The notes under the pieces are model-generated. The model searched no databases and was not told the DNA's origin. It worked only from the letters and a program-made list of their open reading frames with translations. 64,000 bases of DNA from an uncultured Gemmatimonadales bacterium (GTDB taxonomy: Bacteria; Gemmatimonadota; Gemmatimonadetes; Longimicrobiales; RSA9): contig CAWCRS010000008.1 in the NCBI GenBank assembly GCA_963798085.1, forward strand, positions 384,001-448,000. The letters run 5' to 3'. Positions 8,853 to 19,068 of this stretch are shown here, one piece after another. The first letter of the stretch is position 1. Each line of letters begins with the position of its first letter. The translations under genes were made by a program, and so were the position numbers.

Positions 8853-11800
8853 GCGCCGCCGCACCGGCGGTTCGCTGCTGCTGCTCGCGCTGACCGCCTG
8901 TAACACAGCTGTTAGTGCGCCCACTGACGGCGCCGGCCCGCTGCTCGCGTCCGTACGGGATGCGCTCCGTGGCGACCGGCCCTTCGAGGCGATGCTCACG
9001 CCCGACTGGCTGCCCTGCGCACTCGCTCCCGATACGACACCCGGTGCTCCCGACATCCGCTGCCGCGCGCTGCCGCGGGAGCGCACGCTGACCCGTCTGA
9101 CGCACACCGCTCCGCGCATCCGCGCCGCGCTCAGCGACAGCAGTCCCGACGCACTGCGCTCGCTGGCGCTGCTCGAGAATGGCGACCGCCGGCAATGACC
9201 GGGCTACGCTGGAGCGCGCCGTCGGTCACCTCGAGGAAGCCGGCGCGGCCGGAGCAGGCCCATCGGCCGGTCTGCTGCACCAGCTCGCCATCGCGCAGGT
9301 GCTGCACGCGCACGCAGCGGAGGATGCGTTCGACCTGTTTCGCGCGCTCGACTCCATGGAGCGGGCCGCGGCCCTGGATTCAGGCGACGCAGCCATTCGC
9401 TTCGATCGCGCGCTGCTCCTGGATCATCTCGACCTCACACTCGAGGCGGCCACAGCGTGGAGCGCATACCTGACACGCGATTCGACCTCGCGCTGGGCCG
9501 CGGAAGCACGCGCCCACCGTGCGCGGCTGGACTCGCTGACATCGGCCGTGCGAGACCCCGCGCTGCAGCGCAACCCGCAGATCATCCGTGAGCAGGCAGA
9601 CTCCATGCTCGTGCGCTGGGCGCAGGCGACGCTCGCACACGACGCAGCCGGTGCCCGCGTGCTCCTGGCCGATGCGCTGGCCGCCGGCGAAAAACTGCAA
9701 GCCGCGCACGGCGACCGCAGCGTGCTGGATGCGGCGCAGGACCTGGCGGACGCGAGCGCCGCGCAGCAACGGCGCATGGCGGCCGGCCTCGCCGCATGGT
9801 CCGAGGGCCGTGCCCTCTACGGCGAGGCCAACTACGAGGCCGCCCGCCCGAACCTTGAACAGGCTGTTAGGGCGCTGGCGAACAGCAGCGCCCTTGCCGG
9901 GCCGGCCGGCCTGCTGCTGGCCGGCGTGGACTTCTACGCCGGACGCTATGCCGGCGCTGCGACCGTGCTGGACGTGCTGCGCCGCGCCCCGGATGCCACG
10001 CAGCATCTCTGGATCCGGGGCCGCGCCGAGTGGCTGGCGGGACTCATCGCGTTCAAGCAGGGCCGGCTGAACGCGGCACTCGCGCACTACGCGGCCGGCG
10101 CGGCGTTCTTCCAGCAGGCCGGCGAGACGCCCAGTCTCGCGGCCATGCTGGCGCTGCAGTCCGAGGCGAACTGGGAGTCGAGCCAGGAGCATCGCGGCAA
10201 TGCGCTGGCGGCTGCCTCCCTCGCGCAATTCCGCGCGTTTCCCATGCTTCCTGCGCGCTACAATCTGCTCGCTGTACTCAGCAACACGATGGCCGCCAGG
10301 GGATTGCCCGCCGCCGCCGTCCGCCTGAGCACGGAAGCGCTGCGCGTGGCCGCGCAGACTGGCCGACCGCAGGATGCCGTCGAAGCGCTGTCACGACTGG
10401 TGCGCGCCGAGCTGCGTGCGGGCTACGCGGACAGCGCAGCAGCGCACCTGCGCGCAGCGCGCAGCGCGCTCACCGCCGTGACTGACCGCGGCATGCACGA
10501 TCGCGTGGATGCCGAGCTGGCGCAGGCGGAGGCGGAGATGCAGCGCAACGTCGAGCCGCACCTGGCGCTGGCTGCGCTGTCGCGCGTCGTCGAACGTTTT
10601 CGCACGGAGCCGATCAGCCTGATCCCGGTGCTGCGCACGCGCGGCGAGGTGTCGCTCGGCAATGGCAATGAAGCGGGTGCGCGCGCCGATTTCGAGCGCG
10701 TGCTGGCACTGCTGCGCCAGCAGGCTGCCGATGCCCCGGACGCGGTGGATCGCGCCGCCTTGATCGAGTCCGGCAACACCGCGCTCGATGCACTGCTCGC
10801 CATCCACGTCGACCACGGCGAGGCCATGCAGGCGCTGGCGCTGCTGGAAGACACCCGTGCCGCCGCGTTCCGGCGGGACGCGGGACGCAGCATCGTCGCT
10901 TTGCATGAACCGGACCCCGCGCGTGCCGGGACCGGGTCCACGGACGCCGCGGACGCGACGCCACAGCCGCACCCGGATGAGGCCGTGCTCGAGTACGCGC
11001 TGCTGCCGGATCGGCTGCTCATCTGGGCGATCACCCGCGACAGCGTGGTGCTGCGCCAGGTGGCCCGCCCGCGCGCACTGCTGGAGGCCGCGATCCGGCG
11101 CCTGGACGTGCATCGCCGGCACGTCGAGGACTCGGCGGCGTTCACCCGGCTCGCCGCATCCCTGTACGACGCGCTCATTGCGCCCGTCGCGCCCGTGCTC
11201 GCGGGCTACCACCAGCTCGCCATCGTCGCCAATGGGGCACTGCAGCAGCTGCCCTTCGCCGCGTTGCGCAGCGCGCGCACCGGACGCTGGCTGATCGAGG
11301 ATTACGCGCTGCGCGGTGTGCCTACCGCCGGCTTCGCGCTGCAGGCGCAGTCCGATGCGAAGACAGCGCTGCGAAGCGCATTGCTGGTTGGTGATCCGGC
11401 CTTCAGCACGAGCGCCCTGCCCGATCTCGAGCCGCTGCGCGGTGCGCCGTCCGAGATCAGGCGTATCGCCAGCGACTACGCGCAAGCCGATACGCTGGTG
11501 CACGCGCAGGCCACGCGCGAGGCGCTGCTGCGCGCGCTGCCCGGCCACGACGTGCTGCACTTCGCGGGACACGCGCGCTACCGGCCGGACTCGCCCCGCC
11601 TCTCCTTCCTGGTGCTGGCGCCGTCGCCCGGCCTCTCCGATAATGGGCTGTTATACGCGCAGGACATCGGCCGCCTGGACCTGCGCGCTGTGCGGCTCGT
11701 GGTGCTCTCCGCCTGCTCCACGCTGGACGGCGGCTCGACACGCACCGCCGGCGCTGCGGCGCTGGCCCGCGCCTTCCTCGCCGCCGGCGTCCGCGGCGTC

Positions 11801-11992
11801 GTGGGCAGCCTGTGGGAGGTGCGTGATGTGCCCTCGACCGCTCTCATGATCGCGTTCCATCACTTCCTCGCGGACGGCGCGCCGCCGCCGCTCGCGCTGC
11901 AGTCTGCGCAGCGCGCAGCGCTGGCTTCGGACGATGCCGCGCTGCGTGATCCAGCCGCCTGGGCCGCGTTCCGCTTCGAGGGAGGCTGGTAA
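8850..11992 (+). CDS. TPR-CHAT (caspase/separase-like) protease; probable lipoprotein N-terminus, frameshift near 9180, start uncertain
   Basis: Catalytic DVLHFAGH and LVVLSAC, GSLWEV, PAAWAAF; long helical TPR region; upstream frame has RRRTGGSLLLLALTAC lipobox. Confidence 0.85.
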
Positions 11993-11995
11993 TCG

Positions 11996-12027
11996 GGAAG
12001 TTCGCGAGCCCTGGCCGTCTATTCGGG
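11996..12027 (+). promoter_or_regulatory. Putative ECF promoter upstream of the 282-aa gene
   Basis: GGAAGT-N14-CGTCTATTCGGG. Confidence 0.5.
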
Positions 12028-12076
12028 AAACACACATTTCGCCCACACCGCGCCGCACGCGCGCAGGAGACCCTGG

Positions 12077-12925
12077 ATGGCCACCGATCTCAGCTTCTTC
12101 GGCATCTGCCTCTTCGTCTGGGAATCGAATCGCCTGCGTATCCTGTTGCCCAACGCCACCAGCCCGTCCGGCGCTACGCACCCGGACAAGACCAAACCCA
12201 ACGTGGCGAATGTGCACATGCCTCGCCTTTATCTCGAGGGTCCGAACTCCACCGTGGCCGTCAACCTGAACGGCCATCGCGTCACCATTGATGGCGGAGC
12301 GGGCAAGCCCACGCGGGGTGGCGTGGTCGAAATGATCGGCATCGGCCAGTTCGCGGAGAACATCGAGTTGCGCACCAATGCGACGGCGGGAAGGCCCTCG
12401 CTGGTGGCGGGTGAGGTCATCGTCACGGGCGGCACGCTGAGCACACGGCGCAGCGCGCCGCAGGCCACGTATCGCTTCAATCAGTCGCTGCGCAGCCACA
12501 ACTACGAGCTGACCGCGCCCTCCTGCTCGCTGCTCTGGTCACACTCGGGCACTGTCACCATCAGCGTGCACGCGGATCCGAAAGACCCCAACGGTGATCA
12601 GTACATTCTGGCGCAGGGACCCTACCGCGTGGTGATCGGCAACGTGTGCAACAACCCCATGCCAGCCACCTGGGAATGCGAGGAAGTGTCGTTTCCGCCC
12701 GGCTCCAACGTGCCGGACGAAGACTTCAAGTGGCTGTACCACATGTTCAAGCCCGCCGGCACCAGGCGCTGGAGCGATCTGCTGAAGGGGAAGGAACTGC
12801 CTGTGCCGGAAGCGATCGTGGCCCCGGCCGCCGCCGTCGCCAGCATCAGTGGCGAAGCAAGCATGGGTACGACGTCGTCGTGTTTTCCCGGTGAGTGGTG
12901 TCCGCCGAACGGACCCTGTCCGTAA
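12077..12925 (+). CDS. Hypothetical protein, beta-rich, with Cys/Pro-rich C-terminal tail
   Basis: AGGAG RBS; 282 aa; FFGICLFV N-terminus, DEDFKWLY, ends SCFPGEWCPPNGPCP. Confidence 0.8.
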   Translation: MATDLSFFGICLFVWESNRLRILLPNATSPSGATHPDKTKPNVANVHMPRLYLEGPNSTVAVNLNGHRVTIDGGAGKPTRGGVVEMIGIGQFAENIELRTNATAGRPSLVAGEVIVTGGTLSTRRSAPQATYRFNQSLRSHNYELTAPSCSLLWSHSGTVTISVHADPKDPNGDQYILAQGPYRVVIGNVCNNPMPATWECEEVSFPPGSNVPDEDFKWLYHMFKPAGTRRWSDLLKGKELPVPEAIVAPAAAVASISGEASMGTTSSCFPGEWCPPNGPCP

Positions 12926-13012
12926 GCGGGCATTTGGCGCCGGGCCCCGCCCCGCGATCGGATTTCGCGACCGCGGAAAGCGCTGCAGCTGTGATGCCCG
13001 CCAGCCCTCAGC

Positions 13013-13051
13013 GGGAGGCAGCCCTCCCCGGGTGTTGCCTCCCGGCTTTTT
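13013..13051 (+). terminator. Rho-independent terminator
   Basis: GGGAGGCAGC...GTTGCCTCCC stem followed by TTTTT. Confidence 0.65.
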
Positions 13052-13068
13052 CTCGACGGGCGTGCAGC

Positions 13069-14259
13069 CTACTGCGTGGGCGCGGGCTGAAACTCACCGC
13101 AGAGATTGAGCGCCACCGTCTGCAGCACGAGCTGCCTGGCGCGCTCCACGATATCATCGATCAATGGCGTGTTCGCGAACATGTTGCGCGCGCGACGACG
13201 CATCTCATCGACGCTCGGGATGTGCGGCAGCTGCATCTCCGCCAGCATGGCGGCCGCCTGTGAGCGGGCCGACACCATCCGGCTCTGCAGCTCGGGGAAG
13301 TGCGGCATGTGCGTGAGCGCTTCACGCACCTGCGAGGTGATGCGGTCGACAGGGAAGCTCTCCGCCAGCTGGTGTGCCACCTTTTCGATCGTGGCACGCC
13401 CGAGGCGATGCTCGTTGCGCACCACTTCGACCGGTGGCTCCCCGAGGTCCCACACGATGCCCAGCCAGGACAGCACCTTGAGCGTGTAGAACGTCACGTC
13501 GATTTCCCACCAGCGGAAGCCCTGCCGCGTCGAGCGCTGATACGCATGATGGTTGTTGTGCCAGCCCTCGCCCATGGTGAAGAACGCCAGCAGCCAGTTG
13601 TTGCGCGAGTCGTCGCCGGTCACGTAACGCTGCTTGCCGTAGACGTGCGCCAGCGAGTTGATCATGAAGCTGCCGTGATAGAGCAGTACCGTGCTCCAGA
13701 AGAAGCCCACGATCAGGTACGGCCAGCCACCCAGCAGGAAGATCAGCAGCGCCAGAGCGAACGGTACGACATACTGATGCCGGTCCAGCCACTGCAGCTC
13801 GGGGTACTGCGCCAGATCCTGCACCAGCGAGTAGTCCGTCTCACCGTGCCGCGGTGTGAAAATCCAGCCCACATGCGAGTACAGAAAGCCGCGATGCCGC
13901 GGCGAGTGCACATCCATTTCGGTATCAGAAAAACGATGATGATGACGGTGCTTCGCCGCCCACCACAACACGCCGCGCTGCGCCGCCGTCTGCGTCATCA
14001 CGGCGAGCACGAACTGACCGGCCCGGCTCGTCTTGAACGAGCGATGCGAGAAGTAGCGATGGAATCCCGCCGTCACCGCGATCATGCGGACGACGTAGAG
14101 CGCTACGCACAACAGCACCGCGCCCGCCGGCACGCCCGTCCAGATGGCGGCAAAGCAGGCAAGGTGCACCAGCAGGAATGGAATCGTCGCGGGGTAAATA
14201 ATGTCGTCGTGATCGTCCACTTCCGGGTCAGTGGACGGCGCGACCAGCACATCGGACAT
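13069..14259 (-). CDS. Acyl-CoA/acyl-lipid delta-9 fatty acid desaturase
   Basis: His boxes HRYFSH, HRHHH, GEGWHNNHH; C-terminal helical extension. Confidence 0.92.
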   Translation of the reverse strand: MSDVLVAPSTDPEVDDHDDIIYPATIPFLLVHLACFAAIWTGVPAGAVLLCVALYVVRMIAVTAGFHRYFSHRSFKTSRAGQFVLAVMTQTAAQRGVLWWAAKHRHHHRFSDTEMDVHSPRHRGFLYSHVGWIFTPRHGETDYSLVQDLAQYPELQWLDRHQYVVPFALALLIFLLGGWPYLIVGFFWSTVLLYHGSFMINSLAHVYGKQRYVTGDDSRNNWLLAFFTMGEGWHNNHHAYQRSTRQGFRWWEIDVTFYTLKVLSWLGIVWDLGEPPVEVVRNEHRLGRATIEKVAHQLAESFPVDRITSQVREALTHMPHFPELQSRMVSARSQAAAMLAEMQLPHIPSVDEMRRRARNMFANTPLIDDIVERARQLVLQTVALNLCGEFQPAPTQ

Positions 14260-14573
14260 GAAGGTCCCTTTTTCGCGGGGGCGCGGTGCGCGCCAGTACA
14301 GTCGGGGGCGACGGTAACCTCGAAACCTAGCCGGCTGGCCGGCCGAACTCAAGCCGGATCGTGATTTCCGGGGCGCATTTGTCGCAAAACGCCCGGTCGG
14401 GTCGAACCACGGGCGAACAGGGTTGCGCCGCAGTCGAGCCGCGCGACGCCGGCGCACTCGCCACTGCTACCCGCCCCGCGTTATGCTGGCACCGACTCAC
14501 GCAAACGCGGAAGGGCACAGCACATGGCACTCGCACAGGCAGTCAGCGCCCGCGCTCCTGGCCGGGCAGTCTG

Positions 14574-15632
14574 ATGGCGCTGCGAACAGGCGAGTTCGGG
14601 AACCTGCCGGACGGCGCGGCCGTCACCATCTTCACACTGGACAACCGTCACGGCGTGGAAATCCGCATCATGACGCTGGGCGGCACCGTCGTTTCGCTCC
14701 GCACACCCGATCGCTACGGCCGCCTCAATGACATCGTGCTGGGCTTCGACAGCGTTGCGGAATACCTGCACGATGCCTCCTTCTTCGGCGCCATCATCGG
14801 CCGTTACGCGAACCGCATCGCGCACGGCCGCTTCACGCTCGACGGCCAGCAGTACCAGCTGGCCACCAATCACCCGCCCAATCACCTGCACGGCGGCGTG
14901 CGCGGATTCGACCGCCGGCTCTGGGACGCCGAGCCGATCCGCGACGAGCGCGGTGCTGCGGTCGTGTTCAGCCGCACCAGTCCGGACGGCGAGGAAGGAT
15001 ACCCGGGCACGCTGCACGCGCGCGTCGCGTGCACACTGACCGATCAGAACGAACTGATCTACGAATTCCAGGCGACGACGGATCGTCCGACTCCCGTCAA
15101 TCTCTCCGAGCACAGCTACTTCAACCTTGCCGGCGCCGGCAACGGCGAAATCCTCGATCACGAGCTGACCATCTTCGCCGACGCCTACACGCCCGTCAAT
15201 GCGACGCTCATACCGACAGGCATCGAGCCCATCGCCGGAACGCCCTTCGACTTCCGAACGTCTGCACGCATCGGCGCCCGCATCCACCAGGATGACGCGC
15301 AGCTGCGATTCGGACGCGGGTACGACCATAACTTCGTGTTGCGAGCCGCTCCACCGGGGCTGCGCGCCGCCGCACACGTGTATGAACCGCACTCTGGCCG
15401 TTCGCTCGACATACACACCACCGAACCCGGCCTGCAGCTCTATTCCGGCAACTTTCCGGATGCGGGCCTCGCTGGAAAGGGCGGACGCCGCTACCGGCGC
15501 CGTGCCGGCTTCTGCCTCGAGCCGCAGCACTTTCCCGACTCGCCCAACCAGCCCGCCTTCCCCTCCGCCATCCTGCGACCGGGCGCCGCATACCATTCGC
15601 GCACCGTACTGCGCTTCGGCGTCGTCACGTAG
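14574..15632 (+). CDS. galM: Aldose 1-epimerase (galactose mutarotase)
   Basis: GRYANRI, NHLHGG, EHSYFNL, YDHNF, FCLEPQHFPDSPN. Confidence 0.93.
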   Translation: MALRTGEFGNLPDGAAVTIFTLDNRHGVEIRIMTLGGTVVSLRTPDRYGRLNDIVLGFDSVAEYLHDASFFGAIIGRYANRIAHGRFTLDGQQYQLATNHPPNHLHGGVRGFDRRLWDAEPIRDERGAAVVFSRTSPDGEEGYPGTLHARVACTLTDQNELIYEFQATTDRPTPVNLSEHSYFNLAGAGNGEILDHELTIFADAYTPVNATLIPTGIEPIAGTPFDFRTSARIGARIHQDDAQLRFGRGYDHNFVLRAAPPGLRAAAHVYEPHSGRSLDIHTTEPGLQLYSGNFPDAGLAGKGGRRYRRRAGFCLEPQHFPDSPNQPAFPSAILRPGAAYHSRTVLRFGVVT

Positions 15633-15785
15633 CAGACGGGCCAGCCGCGCGCCGTCGCGGACGGCGCGCGCAGAGCGCGACTCCGGCCCGTGGCGAATGG
15701 CCGGTGCACAGCACAACCCTTGCGTCCGCGTGACGCTCCAACTATATCGTAGTACGGTATTCCCGCCAACGGTATACGAGGCGAA

Positions 15786-16127
15786 ATGAGCCCGAGAAGC
15801 GGCGTGTCCGTCACGCCACAGGTGTTCCAGATCATGCTGTCGCTGGCCGGCGGCGACCTGCACGGCTACGCGCTGATGCAGGACATCGAGCAGCGCACGG
15901 ATGGCGAGGTGACGCTGACCGCGAGTACGCTGTACGGCGCCATCCGGCGCATGCGGGATGCCGGCTGGATCGAAGAACGCAGCACGGATGACGCGGATGA
16001 GCGGCGGCGTGTGTACCGGCTGACACGCGCGGGCCGGGTCGCGGCCGGCGAAGAAGCGGTGCGGCTGGAGGCCATGGCGCGCGAGGCCAGGCGCCGTCGC
16101 CTGTTTCCTTCCCCTCGCCGGTCCTGA
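15786..16127 (+). CDS. PadR-family transcriptional regulator
   Basis: LHGYAL, STLYGAIRRM, RRRVYRLTRAG. Confidence 0.92.
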   Translation: MSPRSGVSVTPQVFQIMLSLAGGDLHGYALMQDIEQRTDGEVTLTASTLYGAIRRMRDAGWIEERSTDDADERRRVYRLTRAGRVAAGEEAVRLEAMAREARRRRLFPSPRRS

Positions 16128-16136
16128 GGAGGCCAA

Positions 16137-18797
16137 ATGCGCAACGCGCTGCGGTGGCTGTGCGCGCTGTGGATCCGCGCGCTGGTGCGCTGCCTGCCGC
16201 CATCGTTCCGTGCGGCGTACGGCAGGGAAATCGTGGCACTGTATCGCGCGTCGCAGGGCGGGAGCGCGGGCACTGCCGCCGTGCTGCGTCGCTTTGTGCG
16301 CGAGCTGGGCAGTCTGCTGCGGCTGCTGGTTCGGGAGTGGGGCACAGCGCTGGCCGCGGTGCTGCACGGGGCGCGGCGGGCGCCATGGCTGCTCGACGCC
16401 CGCCATGTGGCGCGTACACTCGCGCGCTCGCGCGCCTACGCGATTGCAGTCGTGAGCACGCTGGCGCTGGGCATCGCCGGGCTGGCGGCGCTCAGCGTCG
16501 TGGTGCGGATCACGTTGCTGCGTCCGCTGCCCTATGCAGCGCCGGGCCAGCTGGTGCGCATCGTGGAAAACGCGCACGGTGCCTACAGCGGCGAGACGAC
16601 ATCACTGCCCAACATGGTGGCGTGGCAGGAGCGCGTGCACACGCTCGAGCACATTGCCGCGGTTTCCGCCGGTGGCGGCGTCAATGTGAGTCTGGGCGAG
16701 CGGACGGTTCGCGTCCGCTCGGCGCAGGTATCCGCGGAGACGTTCGCGCTGCTGGGTGTGCAGCCGCTGCGGGGCGGGGTTCTCGTCGGTGATGATTTCA
16801 AGCCGGGCGGTGCGCGCCGCGTCGTGCTCAGTCATGGGTTCTGGCAGCAGTTCCTGGGCGCGGACACGACGATCATCGGGCGCACGCTGCGCATCAATGG
16901 CGCGCCCGTCGAGGTGGCGGGCGTGATGCCTGCCGGCTTCTCCTTTCCCGACGGCACCACCGCGCTGCTGCTGCCCCTGCAGATAACACCGGGTTTGGGC
17001 CTGGCGTCGCCCAATGGCCGCTGGGCGAGGCTGTTCCAGGCGTACGGCCGCGTGCGCGCGGGAGGGACGCTGCAGAGCGCGGCACGCGAGCTGGCGGTGG
17101 TGTCGGCGGACCTGCAGCGCGAGTTCGGGCCGCCCAACGAAGGGATGCGTGCGCGGCCCCTGCCGCTGGCGGACACCATGATGGGCAGCTCTCGCCGGCT
17201 GATCGAGCTGCTCACGGGGGCGGCCGTCATCGTGCTGCTGGTCGCCTGCAGCAACATCGTCGCGCTGACAGCCGTGCGCGCAGCGCAGCGGCGCCGGGAA
17301 CTGGCCATCCGCATGGTTCATGGCGCGACGCGCGGCGCGGCACTGCGCCTGTTCGGCCTGGAGCTGGCTGTCCTGGGCGTGGTGGGCACGAGCGTCGGCG
17401 CCTGGCTCGCGGTGCTGCTGGGACCCGCAGCCAGCCGGCTGATCCCCAATGCGCTGCCGCACGCGCCGCTGCGCGTCCCGGAGCTGCTGGCCAGTGCCTC
17501 ACTCCTGGGCGCGCTGACGGTGATGTTCCTGCTGCTGGGTCTGCTGCGTTCGCCGGTGGCAGCCGCGGCACTTTCGCAGGCCGTGAGCGGAGGCACGCGT
17601 ACCACCATGAACCGGCACCAGCGGCGCTGGCGCAGTCTGATGGTCGCCGGACAGATCGCGGCCGCCATCACACTGCTCATCGCAGCCGCCGCGCTGGTGC
17701 GCAGCTTCCTCGGCGTGGTGCGCACACCCACCGGATTCCAGCCCCAGGGCATCGTCACCATGGCTGTGAATCCCGGATTCATGCAGCCGGCGCAACTCGA
17801 GCAGTTCTACGCAACGCTGGAAGCGCAGGTGCGAGTGCTGCCCGGTGTGCAGGGACTGGGCATGGTGGACGGCCCGCCGCTCTCGGGGGGCGGCATCGGG
17901 TGGACCTACGTGCCGGAAGGAAATGGCATTGCGGGCGGGCAGGAGCCGGCTGCCACAACGCATCTGATCGACGACGACTATCCTTCCACCATCGGCATCC
18001 CGCTGCTGGCAGGCCGGCTGCTGCAAGCCGCCGACACGTTCGCGCAGGCGCCCGGTGTGCTGGTGAGCGCGACACTCGCGCGCGCCAGCTTCGGCACGCC
18101 GGCTGCGGCCGTCGGCGGTCGCATCACGCTGGGCAGCGTGAGCTCCGGCAACGTGCCCATGACGATCGTGGGCGTCCTCGGGGATGTGCGCGACGGTTCC
18201 CTGCGTGATCCGCCCGGCTCTCTCATCTATCAACGCTACGCCGCGTCGACCCCGAGCAGCCGCATGGTGCTGGTGGTGCGCGCGGACGGCAATGCCAGTG
18301 AGCTGGCCGCCCGCGTGCAGACCATCGTCCGGGCGCTGAATCCGGACGTCCCCATATCCAGCGTGCGCGCCCTTGATGCCATTGTGGCCGACGCCGCCGC
18401 GCGCGAGCGCGTGACCGCCGCCATCGCCGGGGCGCTGGGCGCGCTCACTCTGCTCCTCGCCGCGGTGGGAATCACAGGACTGTTCGGCCAGCTCGTCATG
18501 GACCGCCAGCGCGCGCTCGCCATTCGCCTGGCCATGGGTGCCACACCGGCACGCGTCATCGGGGAAACCCTGGGCAGCGCCCTGCTCATCATCAGCGCCG
18601 GCGCTGCGCTCGGCCTGGGCGCGGCGCTGGCCCTGCGCGGCGTACTGCGCCCCTTCCTGGTGCGCGCCGCGCCCTTCGACGCCGGCGCCGCGGCCCTGAC
18701 TATCCTGCTGTTAGGCGGCATCGGCCTGCTGGCGGCGCTCATCCCCGCCCTGCGCAGCACGCGCCGTTCCCCGCTGCGCGCACTGGCCGGCGACTGA
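16137..18797 (+). CDS. ADOP-family duplicated ABC permease (divergent)
   Basis: LPPSFRAAYGREI prefix, TLALGIAG, LLVACSNI, RELAIR, LAIRLAMGA, PALRSTRRSP. Confidence 0.9.
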   Translation: MRNALRWLCALWIRALVRCLPPSFRAAYGREIVALYRASQGGSAGTAAVLRRFVRELGSLLRLLVREWGTALAAVLHGARRAPWLLDARHVARTLARSRAYAIAVVSTLALGIAGLAALSVVVRITLLRPLPYAAPGQLVRIVENAHGAYSGETTSLPNMVAWQERVHTLEHIAAVSAGGGVNVSLGERTVRVRSAQVSAETFALLGVQPLRGGVLVGDDFKPGGARRVVLSHGFWQQFLGADTTIIGRTLRINGAPVEVAGVMPAGFSFPDGTTALLLPLQITPGLGLASPNGRWARLFQAYGRVRAGGTLQSAARELAVVSADLQREFGPPNEGMRARPLPLADTMMGSSRRLIELLTGAAVIVLLVACSNIVALTAVRAAQRRRELAIRMVHGATRGAALRLFGLELAVLGVVGTSVGAWLAVLLGPAASRLIPNALPHAPLRVPELLASASLLGALTVMFLLLGLLRSPVAAAALSQAVSGGTRTTMNRHQRRWRSLMVAGQIAAAITLLIAAAALVRSFLGVVRTPTGFQPQGIVTMAVNPGFMQPAQLEQFYATLEAQVRVLPGVQGLGMVDGPPLSGGGIGWTYVPEGNGIAGGQEPAATTHLIDDDYPSTIGIPLLAGRLLQAADTFAQAPGVLVSATLARASFGTPAAAVGGRITLGSVSSGNVPMTIVGVLGDVRDGSLRDPPGSLIYQRYAASTPSSRMVLVVRADGNASELAARVQTIVRALNPDVPISSVRALDAIVADAAARERVTAAIAGALGALTLLLAAVGITGLFGQLVMDRQRALAIRLAMGATPARVIGETLGSALLIISAGAALGLGAALALRGVLRPFLVRAAPFDAGAAALTILLLGGIGLLAALIPALRSTRRSPLRALAGD

Positions 18798-19068
18798 CGG
18801 CAACGAGACGGTTACGCCGGCCGGCGGCCGCGGCACCATCCTGGAGGCGGCCAATCTGCACCGTACGGTGCAGAAGCTGATCCGCGACGGTCTGGTCGAG
18901 GTGACGACGAAGCGGCCGCATCCCACCCGGGACGATCCCCGCCGCCGCGACTACGCGATCACGAAGCTGGGTCGTGCCGTGGCGGCCGCGGATGCCGTGC
19001 GCATGCGTTCGCTGGCGGAAGCGGCGGAGGCGAGGAAGCTGGTATCGCGGCCCGGTCGGGTGACATGA
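18798..19068 (+). pseudogene. 5'-truncated PadR regulator
   Basis: ANLHRTVQKLIRDGLV...DPRRRDYAITKLGRAVAAADA is the PadR C-terminal half; N-terminal helix absent. Confidence 0.7.

Noticed and set aside
7015..11992. Type III-E CRISPR (Craspase) accessory locus
   Set aside because: No Cas7-11, Csx30/31-like genes or array seen; the similarity is only an analogy
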